Below, one piece after another: positions 55,076-63,788 of a DNA stretch of 64,000 nt (position 1 is its first letter; each line of letters starts with the position of its first letter). Both the position numbers and the translations under genes were made by a program. Origin of the DNA: a virus; the IMG/VR virus record IMGVR_UViG_3300020051_000004; one strand, 5' to 3'. The notes beneath the pieces are model-generated. The model was given only the letters and a program-made list of their open reading frames with translations, did not search any database and was not told the DNA's origin.

Positions 55076-57396
55076 GACAGTTCGATTTTATTATTTTCAG
55101 CCTTTACATTAATGGTTTTTGGCCTCTTGTCAAGAATAAACTTTGCCAGCGGCACATCTAATTTTCGCCGCACTGTTGTTTGAATTTCTCGCGAGTGGGA
55201 GTTTTGGGCTTTAATTTCTTTTAGGAGCATCGGGGCCACACTAGAGTCAATAACCACTGACACGCCAGAGTCTCTTAGTTTTTCAACTGTTTGGTTAATG
55301 AACTTGTTTAGGATATTAGTCATCATTTCGTCACTCATATCCTTAAACACAACAATCTCATCTACTCGGGCTCGAAATTCGGGCGCGAAATCTTTTTGCG
55401 CCGCTTTTTCGTGATGATCTGTTGAAGGCTGAACGTTAAACCCAAGACTTTTTGGCGGCTCGCTTCCACTGTTTGTCGTGAGGATAACGATTGTGTTGGT
55501 GAAATCAACCCTGAACCCTTGACCATCAGTGAGATAACCGTCATCCATGATTTGGAGTAGGAGGTTGTGAATGCTTCTGTCTGCTTTTTCAATTTCATCG
55601 AATAGGACGACGCACGATGGATTATGCTTTACAAACTCAGTTAATCGCCCGCCATTTTCATATCCCACGTATCCAGCCGTTGTTCCAATGAGTGAAGAGC
55701 TAGAAAAACGCTCTGAGAACTCGCTCATGTCTAGTTTTAGGATAGCTTTTTCGTCTCCAAAATAATGAGCGGCCAAATCTTTTGAGAGTTGTGTTTTGCC
55801 GAGGCCAGTTCCTCCAACAAACATAAACTTTCCGAGTGGTTTGTTCTTATCTCTGAGTCCCACTTTTGAACATAGCAATACATCGCATACTTTGTCAATC
55901 GCGTGATCTTGACCAAAGATTGCGACCTTTAGTTTATCCGCCAACCCATCAATTCCAGACGTTTGCAGTTGTTTTAGTTGGTTTTCAGTGATTTTGTGTT
56001 TTTCGGCGAAAGTTGCTAAGGCTTTTTGAGGAGTAATCAGAGGAACGTTTTGTTCGATTTGTTCCATCCATTTGTTGAGTTTTTTGGCCCACTTTTCTAG
56101 CTTGCGATTAAATTTCTCAAACTCAGGAGAGTTTTCCTTCATGTTTGGGCTGACTTTATCTATAATGTTTTGCCACTCTTCGTGTAGTTTCGGCGGATGA
56201 GTAAAATGCTCATTTTTTGAACGCGCCCCAAGAAAATCTAGAGTGTCAAATGCCTTTTCTGGAAAACGGCGATATGGAACGAACTTTTCGCAAAGGTCTA
56301 AAACCATGTCGATTGTTTCGGGCGGGAACTCTGCAAAGTGACATTCTTCTAGTTCGTGAATGGAATTGATTAGAATTTGCCGCGTTTCTTCTTTTGTTGG
56401 CTCTTTGACTCTAATGATCTCAAAAAGGTTTGCCATTGACTGGTCTTTTTCAATGCTCTTTTTATAATCAGCCTGAGTAACCGTCGCAAGGCAAGAAACA
56501 TTTGGGCGGGCCAAAATACTTTTCAAAAAGTTGGACACATCACTTGGACCTTCTTTAAATCCGCTACCAGACACTACTTGGAAATCTGGGATAACCAATA
56601 CAGCATTACCATGGCTCGCTAATTCTTCTGACAAGTTTCGGAATCGACTTTCGATAGAGCCCATCATTGCTGTGCCAGCTACAACAGCCGTAACATCTAG
56701 TTCAAAAAATGTTTTGGCCCGCAATACTTCTGAGCTTTTGCCGCTGTTAATTTTTTCAATAACGCCGCGAATAATACTCTTACGGCCAACGCCCGCATCA
56801 CCAATCAAAACAGCGTTGCCCTTTTTATGTCGGCAAAGAATATCTAGGATATTGGAAATTTCTTCGGCGCGGCCATAAATTTTCTGAGGCTCAGTTCCGT
56901 ATTCAAATGATAAGTTTTTGCAGAATCTTTCGATTGTTGGAAAAGTTTCTTTGCCGCTTTCTTCGTCGTCACTTTCTGAGTTTCCTTTGAGGGTAAGCAT
57001 GTCAGATGTTTTCTCTAAGATACTTTCGATAGGATAATCGTAAATCCCGAAATAACTCCTAATAGTTGGCGAAGAATTAAGAATTTCGTGAAAAACATGC
57101 TCTGTATCAAAGAACCCAAAACCAAGAGTTTCGGCGGAATCTTGGGCTTCTTTTAGGACTGAATTATATTCTTCTTCGCAATCTTCAAAAATCTTTGGAA
57201 ACACTTCTGGCAACTTGTCGAGTAAACTGGCGCTAACAGCATCAGCGTCAATTCCAAATGTGGCCAATAAAAATTTAAACTTACTCTCCTTTAAGAGTTG
57301 CGCGAACAAATCGACAACATTGTTTGGGCGGCTATTCTTTTTTGCTGATTTTTCGGATTGTTCAAGATGGTAAAGAAGGCTGGGGGTTTTTTGCAT
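55072..57396 (-). CDS. ClpA/ClpC-like AAA+ ATPase
   Basis: Clp-N (DTEHV), NBD1 scaffold, NBD2 GGTGLGKT, LDMSEF, GYVGY, LFDEIEKA, SLGF loop. Confidence 0.9.
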   Translation of the reverse strand: MQKTPSLLYHLEQSEKSAKKNSRPNNVVDLFAQLLKESKFKFLLATFGIDADAVSASLLDKLPEVFPKIFEDCEEEYNSVLKEAQDSAETLGFGFFDTEHVFHEILNSSPTIRSYFGIYDYPIESILEKTSDMLTLKGNSESDDEESGKETFPTIERFCKNLSFEYGTEPQKIYGRAEEISNILDILCRHKKGNAVLIGDAGVGRKSIIRGVIEKINSGKSSEVLRAKTFFELDVTAVVAGTAMMGSIESRFRNLSEELASHGNAVLVIPDFQVVSGSGFKEGPSDVSNFLKSILARPNVSCLATVTQADYKKSIEKDQSMANLFEIIRVKEPTKEETRQILINSIHELEECHFAEFPPETIDMVLDLCEKFVPYRRFPEKAFDTLDFLGARSKNEHFTHPPKLHEEWQNIIDKVSPNMKENSPEFEKFNRKLEKWAKKLNKWMEQIEQNVPLITPQKALATFAEKHKITENQLKQLQTSGIDGLADKLKVAIFGQDHAIDKVCDVLLCSKVGLRDKNKPLGKFMFVGGTGLGKTQLSKDLAAHYFGDEKAILKLDMSEFSERFSSSSLIGTTAGYVGYENGGRLTEFVKHNPSCVVLFDEIEKADRSIHNLLLQIMDDGYLTDGQGFRVDFTNTIVILTTNSGSEPPKSLGFNVQPSTDHHEKAAQKDFAPEFRARVDEIVVFKDMSDEMMTNILNKFINQTVEKLRDSGVSVVIDSSVAPMLLKEIKAQNSHSREIQTTVRRKLDVPLAKFILDKRPKTINVKAENNKIELS

Positions 57397-57405
57397 ATGA
57401 GAAGG

Positions 57406-57669
57406 TTAATCTGGGATAGTGATTTCGTCAATTACTTTATGGTAGATAGATTTAATAGACTTTTCGTGCCGAGACTTTTTTTCATGAGCCTCCTTGATGG
57501 TGCTAATGAGTTGTTCTTTTGAGTCAAAACGTTTCGGCGTACCGTTTATATCGTAAGGTTTTCTTAACTCTTCTAGTGATGGCGTAAGATAAATACATCC
57601 AAACCTTTGTTTTGCATAAAACCATTTGCCAGTGTCGTTGCCTGTTTCGTAGATTCTGTATGTTGTCAT
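57406..57669 (-). CDS. Hypothetical protein
   Basis: Minus-strand ORF. Confidence 0.6.
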   Translation of the reverse strand: MTTYRIYETGNDTGKWFYAKQRFGCIYLTPSLEELRKPYDINGTPKRFDSKEQLISTIKEAHEKKSRHEKSIKSIYHKVIDEITIPD

Positions 57670-57677
57670 ATTTTTAA

Positions 57678-58859
57678 TTACTTCACTTGTGAAAGGCGGG
57701 TATAAATAGTTTCTTCGACAATTGAGAACTTGTCAATCATCAAAAGATCGCCAAACTTCTTCCCTACCACCGTTACCACAGAATCTTCTTCTGGCACTGG
57801 TAGTTTTTCTTCAAGGTGGCGGGACCATTTGTTGTCTTTGGCATTATCACCAAACATTCCAGATAGTTTGCCACTTTCATCAGAGATAGAAAGCATCATG
57901 TATTTATTGCCTTTTTTGGAGGTTGTCTTTTTTACTTCAGTCACTACTCCAACAATACGCACAGTTTCATTATCGTCAAGAGAATTAAACTCTAGAATGG
58001 GGGTAAAAGAGTGTTTTGACTCTTCAAACACTTCTCGTAAGGTATAACTGTATGAATACCCAAGCATTTCGCGCTCGAAATACCAGTTGCAGAATTTTTG
58101 GTGGCGAATGTTCTGGTCATAAATGGCTTTGTATTTACCATGCTCATCTCTCAACTTTTGAATACGCTTTTCAGTGAACGCGCTTTTGTTTTTTGCATTA
58201 ATGATTTTTCCTTCCGCGCCATCTTTTAGAGCGGCGAAAACGTCGTAATTATGATGCTCACCAAGCTCAAGAACAGCGAATTTTTCGTTCTCTGTGAGCT
58301 TATTAAACATCTGAGCTTCTAAGACCGTTTTGCAGCGATTTTCCCCAAAGGAATCCAAACATCCAGCCTGAATAAGAGTACAGAGAACGCCAATATTAAG
58401 CCCGCAGTCTTTGGCGGTTTGAAATACTTCGTACTTGTTTTTAAATTCGTGGCCGCGAAATGTTAGGAGGTTTTGGATGCTCTTTTCTGAGATTCCTTTG
58501 ATTGCATCCATGCCAAATCTTAAGTTGTTCCCCTCAATAGAGAAGCTTTCCTTTGATTTTGATAGGTCGGGCGGGAGAAGTTTAATATTAAACAGACCTA
58601 GCTCTTGGGTGATTTTAAACACTTCGGCGAGAGAATCTGGCTCATATTTAGACATTATGAGCAGTGATAGGAAAAACTCTTTAGGGTAATTGAATTTAAG
58701 ATACGTGCAAATTTCGGCAGTTGAGGCATAGGCGACGGCATGAGAATTACTGACGCAAATATCATTGCAGAAGAAATTATGATCTGGGTCGTCAATTTCT
58801 AAATCAATGGTGTTTTTAATTCCGATAGGTGTGATTTTTTTTATTTTGAATGCCTTCAT
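57678..58859 (-). CDS. dnaE: DNA polymerase III alpha C-terminal part preceded by C-intein
   Basis: 38-aa C-intein then SHAVAY, YLK.NYP.EF, LLPPD, LRFG..AIKGI, EREMLG, OB fold SKKGNKY. Confidence 0.93.
   Translation of the reverse strand: MKAFKIKKITPIGIKNTIDLEIDDPDHNFFCNDICVSNSHAVAYASTAEICTYLKFNYPKEFFLSLLIMSKYEPDSLAEVFKITQELGLFNIKLLPPDLSKSKESFSIEGNNLRFGMDAIKGISEKSIQNLLTFRGHEFKNKYEVFQTAKDCGLNIGVLCTLIQAGCLDSFGENRCKTVLEAQMFNKLTENEKFAVLELGEHHNYDVFAALKDGAEGKIINAKNKSAFTEKRIQKLRDEHGKYKAIYDQNIRHQKFCNWYFEREMLGYSYSYTLREVFEESKHSFTPILEFNSLDDNETVRIVGVVTEVKKTTSKKGNKYMMLSISDESGKLSGMFGDNAKDNKWSRHLEEKLPVPEEDSVVTVVGKKFGDLLMIDKFSIVEETIYTRLSQVK
58746..58859 (-). other. Split intein, C-fragment (38 aa)
   Basis: MKAFKIKKITPIGIKNTIDLEIDDPDHNFFCNDICVSN, +1 Ser. 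Confidence 0.92.
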
Positions 58860-59813
58860 TTGATATTATACTGCGTGCAAATTACCTTATACGATTTTCT
58901 AAAGAATGAATCTAAATCCTTTTCTTCTTTTAAAGAAGCTGCCAAAGCTATTGGTTTCTCCCCATCAAGGATAAAAAATCTATTTGAACGTAAATTTAGT
59001 CATATTGATAGTCGATTTGTTATTGACGGTAGAGATGAAATCTTAACCGTATTAAAGGATTTGTCAACTGGAAAAATTTACAAAACACTTAATTCTAAAA
59101 CATTGGGCATTTCTGCTGGGTTCAAGCCAACAAGAAAAGATATGCTTGCGTTTTGCACTTTAAAAAATAATCGTGCTTATATGGCGACAATAGGAGGAAT
59201 AAAATTTAAAAATCTTAATACCAATCCAGTTAAAGTTCAATCTTATTTAGATAAATACAACACAGAGAGTCGAAGGGCAAATCAAAAGGAAAACCGCGCA
59301 AAAAATATTGAAAGAGATAAAAAGAAAATGCAGGAATGGAAAGATCGGAATCGCGCTCATATGAGGAAGTATAATAATACCTATACTCTTTCCCGACGAG
59401 AGAAAGATATTTCTTTCAGAGTGAGGATGAACCTTCGTGCTCGATTAAGGATGGCTTTGATTGGAGAAACGAAGAGCGGTTCCATACTTGATTTAATGGG
59501 ATGTTCGATGGATTTTTTAAGAAATCATATCGAAAGTCAATTTATAGATGGTATGTCTTGGAATAACTACGCTAAAGTTTGGACCATTGATCATATTATC
59601 CCCTGTTCGTTTTTCGATTTGTCTATTGAAGACCATCAGAGAATGTGTTGTTATTATAAAAATTTGAGGCCGCTTTGTAAAATTGAAAATAGCAAAAAAT
59701 TCAATCATTTACCAGACAACTACCGAAGCTTTATCTCGGATAACCTCATTGAAGCATCGCTTTATCCCGTCACTGCATACAAACTTATGCTCGCTGGACA
59801 CGCGAATCTTTGA
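58860..59813 (+). CDS. Free-standing HNH homing endonuclease, antisense between dnaE halves
   Basis: MGCS...HIESQFIDGMSWNNY..WTIDHIIP...NLRPL...ENSKK; start may be GTG 58875. Confidence 0.85.
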   Translation: MILYCVQITLYDFLKNESKSFSSFKEAAKAIGFSPSRIKNLFERKFSHIDSRFVIDGRDEILTVLKDLSTGKIYKTLNSKTLGISAGFKPTRKDMLAFCTLKNNRAYMATIGGIKFKNLNTNPVKVQSYLDKYNTESRRANQKENRAKNIERDKKKMQEWKDRNRAHMRKYNNTYTLSRREKDISFRVRMNLRARLRMALIGETKSGSILDLMGCSMDFLRNHIESQFIDGMSWNNYAKVWTIDHIIPCSFFDLSIEDHQRMCCYYKNLRPLCKIENSKKFNHLPDNYRSFISDNLIEASLYPVTAYKLMLAGHANL

Positions 59814-61484
59814 TCCATTTTCCAGTTCGACCTCAAAGATTTCTACCTTATTTTGATAAGTGTTTTTTACGGTAGTTTTTTTGCGTCTTTGAGCTTCAAT
59901 GTCCCATGAATATACGGAATCTCCAGAGAGTATGTCTTTAATCATTTTAGGGCCATCCTTCGTATTTACGATTTCGTCTTCAAAAATGCAGCGATTAAAT
60001 GAATAATCGGCAGAAGCAATCATGGCGTCCCAGAAAAATTTTGCCACCTCCTCGGGAATACCTTTTGCTTTTGCATTGTCAAAAATGACGGGTTTCCAGA
60101 CCTCCATTTCTTCTTTCTTTTTTTTGCCCGTTGCACGGCGCACGCTTTCTGCGTCCAGCAAAGACAGTCCGAATACTTCATGGCAGACCCTCATGATAGT
60201 TTCTTGGAAGAGAATTGTTCCTTTCGTCTCATCTAGGATTTTATCAAGTGATGGCCATCTTTTTTCTGAGTCCTTTAAGTGGTTTTTGACCTTAACGTAC
60301 TCATCCACAAAACTTAAACTGCCAGGACGACTTAGTGACAGGACATCGCTAAGCTCGTCTAGGTTTTTCGGCTGAACTTTCTGACAAACTTTGAAGCCAA
60401 CATCCGTCTCAATTTGAAAGATTCCTTGCGGAGCCAATAAATTTTGCAAGTGAATATATGTTTTCTCTTTTGGGATTTCAAAATCCTTAAAGTTAATTCC
60501 AACCATCTTAGCGGTTCTCTCAATTACCGATAATGTCCGAAGGCCAAGAATATCAAACTTTACCATTAATGAGCCAACATCACCCATTTCAAATCCAGAG
60601 ATTATCTCTCCATCTTTTGTTGATTGGAGCGGCATCATATCATCAATTTTTTGAGCGCAAATCGCTAATCCCGAAGGATGAACTCCCGTATTCTTTACCA
60701 AGCCTTCAAGTTTGCACGCTACGCGATAGGATTTTGGGTATTGCTTTACATATTTTTCAAACGCAGGGCTTTCCTCTATAGCCTTTTCAAAATCAAGTAC
60801 TTTGCCGAATTTTTTAGGAATTGTGGCGCTGACATGATTAGCTTCGTCTTCCGTAGTTCCATCAACAATTTTTAAACACTCGCGCATACACGCCTTGCCA
60901 CTCAATGTATTTAGAGTCAGAATTTTACTGGTTTGACCAGCAAATTCATCATTGATAAACTTTATCACTTTTTCGCGACTTTGAAATTCAATGTCGTGGT
61001 CGCAATCTGGAAGAAGCGAGCCGTCTAAATAGGTTTTGCCGTCGCTGCCAGCGATTTTTTTTGCGCGGTTTTTGGATACAAACCTTTCAAAATAGAGTTT
61101 ATTTGGAATTGGATCAACATGCGTAACCTTAAGCATGTACAGTACAGCGGAACCGACACAGCTTCCGCGCCCCTTGCCCGTCACAATCCCCTGCTCATCG
61201 CAGAAATTTAGAATTTTCCAATTTAAAAGAATGTATGGGCAAAAACCAAGTTCCTCAAATGTGGAAAGCTCATATTTGATGCGGTCATAATATTCTTGAG
61301 CATTGTCAAGTTTATCAATGCCCTTTTCCTTTACTCCTTCCCAGCATAGTTTCCGAAGGAAGTTAAAGTCGGAAATATTTGGCGAAACACCAAGTTTTTC
61401 GTAAAATCTTGGCTCAATTGATACGGAGGGCAGAATAACGCCCTCTGCCAATGGCTTGTTTAGTGGTTGGAAGTCTTCAAACAT
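59709..61484 (-). CDS. dnaE: DNA polymerase III alpha catalytic part followed by N-intein
   Basis: GRGSCVGS, FERF, PDCDHD, GVHPSG, KFDILGL, GIFQIE, RPG, ADYSFNR; likely start MFEDF at 61484. Confidence 0.93.
   Translation of the reverse strand: MFEDFQPLNKPLAEGVILPSVSIEPRFYEKLGVSPNISDFNFLRKLCWEGVKEKGIDKLDNAQEYYDRIKYELSTFEELGFCPYILLNWKILNFCDEQGIVTGKGRGSCVGSAVLYMLKVTHVDPIPNKLYFERFVSKNRAKKIAGSDGKTYLDGSLLPDCDHDIEFQSREKVIKFINDEFAGQTSKILTLNTLSGKACMRECLKIVDGTTEDEANHVSATIPKKFGKVLDFEKAIEESPAFEKYVKQYPKSYRVACKLEGLVKNTGVHPSGLAICAQKIDDMMPLQSTKDGEIISGFEMGDVGSLMVKFDILGLRTLSVIERTAKMVGINFKDFEIPKEKTYIHLQNLLAPQGIFQIETDVGFKVCQKVQPKNLDELSDVLSLSRPGSLSFVDEYVKVKNHLKDSEKRWPSLDKILDETKGTILFQETIMRVCHEVFGLSLLDAESVRRATGKKKKEEMEVWKPVIFDNAKAKGIPEEVAKFFWDAMIASADYSFNRCIFEDEIVNTKDGPKMIKDILSGDSVYSWDIEAQRRKKTTVKNTYQNKVEIFEVELENGSKIRVSSEHKFVCSDGIKRCFNEVIRDKASVVVW
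59712..59990 (-). other. Split intein, N-fragment (93 aa)
   Basis: CIFEDEIVNTKDG...IKDI..GDSVYS...VELENGSKIRVSSEHKF, then stop. Confidence 0.92.
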
Positions 61485-61713
61485 ATTTGTTATCTTTTTC
61501 TGAAATCCAAACAGCAAGGCAGTAACGCTGCTTTTCGGATAAAAATTTGTGGGTTTGGTAGTGGTTTCTAATTGATTTTAATTTTTCGCTTCTAGCTCCA
61601 GATGAAGCGACGAAAAGTTTTTCATCACTCATGTCAAGGTAATCTTCTGGACGAGAGAAGTCATCATTAAAAAGACCACTCCAAAAATTAGGAATCCAAT
61701 CTTCTGCTGCCAT
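61477..61713 (-). CDS. Hypothetical protein
   Basis: Coupled ORF; LSEKQ motif. Confidence 0.6.
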   Translation of the reverse strand: MAAEDWIPNFWSGLFNDDFSRPEDYLDMSDEKLFVASSGARSEKLKSIRNHYQTHKFLSEKQRYCLAVWISEKDNKYV

Positions 61714-61718
61714 ATAAA

Positions 61719-62150
61719 TTATTCTTTAAAATTATTTTTGTTTGGCCGCTCTATTTCTTTGGTTCCATCTGGACTTCTGCTGAATAGCTTGTCTAGCTTT
61801 GGCCCCATTCTACTTGACCAGCGTATTTTGCCATAACCAATGTCATCTTTCAAGCTGATTTTTGCTGTCTTGTAGTCGAATACTAGAGAATACCACATGA
61901 GTCTTTCTGTAACATATTCAAGAAATGAAGTCTTTTCTCCATGAGTGATGATTACATTTTTCTTGTAAATTTCGGCGAATTGTTCAAATGTATCTTCGCC
62001 CTCAATTAAAAGATGATGGTTTCGCCACTTTTTATAAGTTGACGGTTTAGAACTTAAGATTTCTTCAATTTGCGGCCTAAAATATTCTGAGATTTCGTGA
62101 TACTTTTCAGAGTACTCTGGCGGGGCTGGGTAGAGGCATTTAGGATGCAT
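61719..62150 (-). CDS. Hypothetical protein
   Basis: Minus-strand ORF. Confidence 0.6.
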   Translation of the reverse strand: MHPKCLYPAPPEYSEKYHEISEYFRPQIEEILSSKPSTYKKWRNHHLLIEGEDTFEQFAEIYKKNVIITHGEKTSFLEYVTERLMWYSLVFDYKTAKISLKDDIGYGKIRWSSRMGPKLDKLFSRSPDGTKEIERPNKNNFKE

Positions 62151-62152
62151 TT

Positions 62153-62785
62153 TTAAATATTTTCTCCGTCGTCGTATCGACTTGGGTTAGTTTTGGGGTA
62201 CGATTTTACTACAGGGTAGGATAGTTTGTCAAGCATTATTTTCTTGCTTCTTTTGTCGCCGCAGAGAAAAAAGTATCGGTGTTTAGGCTCAGGTTTCAGG
62301 GTTTGGATTTTGTTTTGTTTTGCCCACTGTTTTAAATTTGTAACGCCGAATCTGTCTCTCACCGTCATGGGATGAAGTCGCTCGCCATTTACCAAGTAAG
62401 AGTGGTCGTGAGATTTTGTAGCGCCTGTGTAGAGCCAATTTGTAGCTTGATACACGAACCCGCAGTGATTCCATTCGCTATCAGCGTAAGATACAACGGC
62501 GCACGGTTTTTCGAGCATTTTAAGAGAGTTGCCGATTAAAAAGCTTGCGGCGTTCTTTTCTTTTGTTTGAATGACTAAGCGGCTCAACTCAAATAGGCGA
62601 AAATCTCTATCTTTGAATGCGTGTTTTTGAATTGGTGGCGAAGGTTGCCCATAAACAACGACACCTTCGAGTTTGCTGTTAATCTCTAAACCAAAACCCG
62701 CCCAAAAAATGGACGGGCGGCGCGAATAATGTTTTTTAGAAACCCAAAGGTCGGCGGTTTGTTTGGTGACTGGTACTACCTTCAT
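62153..62785 (-). CDS. Mom-like DNA modification protein (GNAT fold)
   Basis: KHYS, ELSRL, VVSYAD...H.G.VYQATNWLYTG, KHRY. Confidence 0.75.
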   Translation of the reverse strand: MKVVPVTKQTADLWVSKKHYSRRPSIFWAGFGLEINSKLEGVVVYGQPSPPIQKHAFKDRDFRLFELSRLVIQTKEKNAASFLIGNSLKMLEKPCAVVSYADSEWNHCGFVYQATNWLYTGATKSHDHSYLVNGERLHPMTVRDRFGVTNLKQWAKQNKIQTLKPEPKHRYFFLCGDKRSKKIMLDKLSYPVVKSYPKTNPSRYDDGENI

Positions 62786-62794
62786 ATTTTTACT

Positions 62795-63148
62795 CTAGGC
62801 CATCCACAACCCATCGTCAACAGTTAAAACTAAATTCAAACCTAGAAACTCCTTCCGCCGATACGAATCTCCGCCCAAATACAAGGCAGTAGTTTCAGTT
62901 GTTAAGCGGCTGTCTAAAGATATAATATCTTGAATCTTTTTACTAGCTCTTGGGCCAGCAAATAGAGTTGTTGGTTGATAAAAGTTTTTAAGGAGAGAGC
63001 TTTTTGCGTTAATGGTTAAGTCGATGATTGATTTGTCTTCGTATCCTTCTTCCCAATATCCAAATGGAAAAGACAAGTATTTATAGCGGCGAAAATAAAT
63101 TTGCGGCCAAGGTTGGTTAGGTTCTAGGATAGTCATGTCAAATCTCAA
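62795..63148 (-). CDS. Hypothetical protein
   Basis: Minus-strand ORF. Confidence 0.55.
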   Translation of the reverse strand: MRFDMTILEPNQPWPQIYFRRYKYLSFPFGYWEEGYEDKSIIDLTINAKSSLLKNFYQPTTLFAGPRASKKIQDIISLDSRLTTETTALYLGGDSYRRKEFLGLNLVLTVDDGLWMA

Positions 63149-63788
63149 TCTCGTAAATCATTTTTTGAAACACATCTCTTGTGTACCGACAGTCATTTAA
63201 CGAATCATGATGGAGGTTTCTATCATATGGAAAGCCGTAATGCTTAACCATGGATTCCAGCGTAGCTTTTAAACCCCTCTCCCTATGATGCATAAACCTC
63301 ATTTGCCAACAAAGCAGGTCATTATGGTCAACGGTTTTATTTCCCTTTTGAATAGCAACAGACAATGCTCTAGTGTCGATCACTCGATTAATGAATGACC
63401 AGTCTGTAGGCAATCCTATATTGCGTCGCCAGTTGTTGAGGATGTAGTTGTCGAAGTTTAAAATATTTTGCCCAACAATCAATACTGACGGATCATAAAA
63501 ATACTGCGCGAATTCATCCCAAACTTCTTTAGGGTCGCGGGCATTTTGTTCATAGTTATAACGGTCAAAGCGGGTTATTTTGGCCGCTTCTTCGGAGATA
63601 TTTAAGTCAGGCCACCAGATCTCGCGCTGTTTTTCTAGCAGAGTGTTCTTGCCTTGACAAAGGATAAATCCGCTTTGCCATGGTCTATTTTTGTGGATAG
63701 AAGAATCGCCTAATGAGAGATTTTCGGTCTCGCAGTCCCAGAAGAGAATCTTCTGATCAAGTTTGAATCTCAGTAAATTATTGTTCAT
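63138..63788 (-). CDS. DEDDh 3'-5' exonuclease (Pol III epsilon-like)
   Basis: WDCETE, VGQNILNFD, IDT, HDSLND. Confidence 0.85.
   Translation of the reverse strand: MNNNLLRFKLDQKILFWDCETENLSLGDSSIHKNRPWQSGFILCQGKNTLLEKQREIWWPDLNISEEAAKITRFDRYNYEQNARDPKEVWDEFAQYFYDPSVLIVGQNILNFDNYILNNWRRNIGLPTDWSFINRVIDTRALSVAIQKGNKTVDHNDLLCWQMRFMHHRERGLKATLESMVKHYGFPYDRNLHHDSLNDCRYTRDVFQKMIYEIEI

Noticed and set aside
58860-59813. Group I intron interrupting dnaE
   Set aside because: The insert is fully occupied by an antisense ORF with no room for a ribozyme core, and the two halves carry complementary intein fragments with their own stop and start
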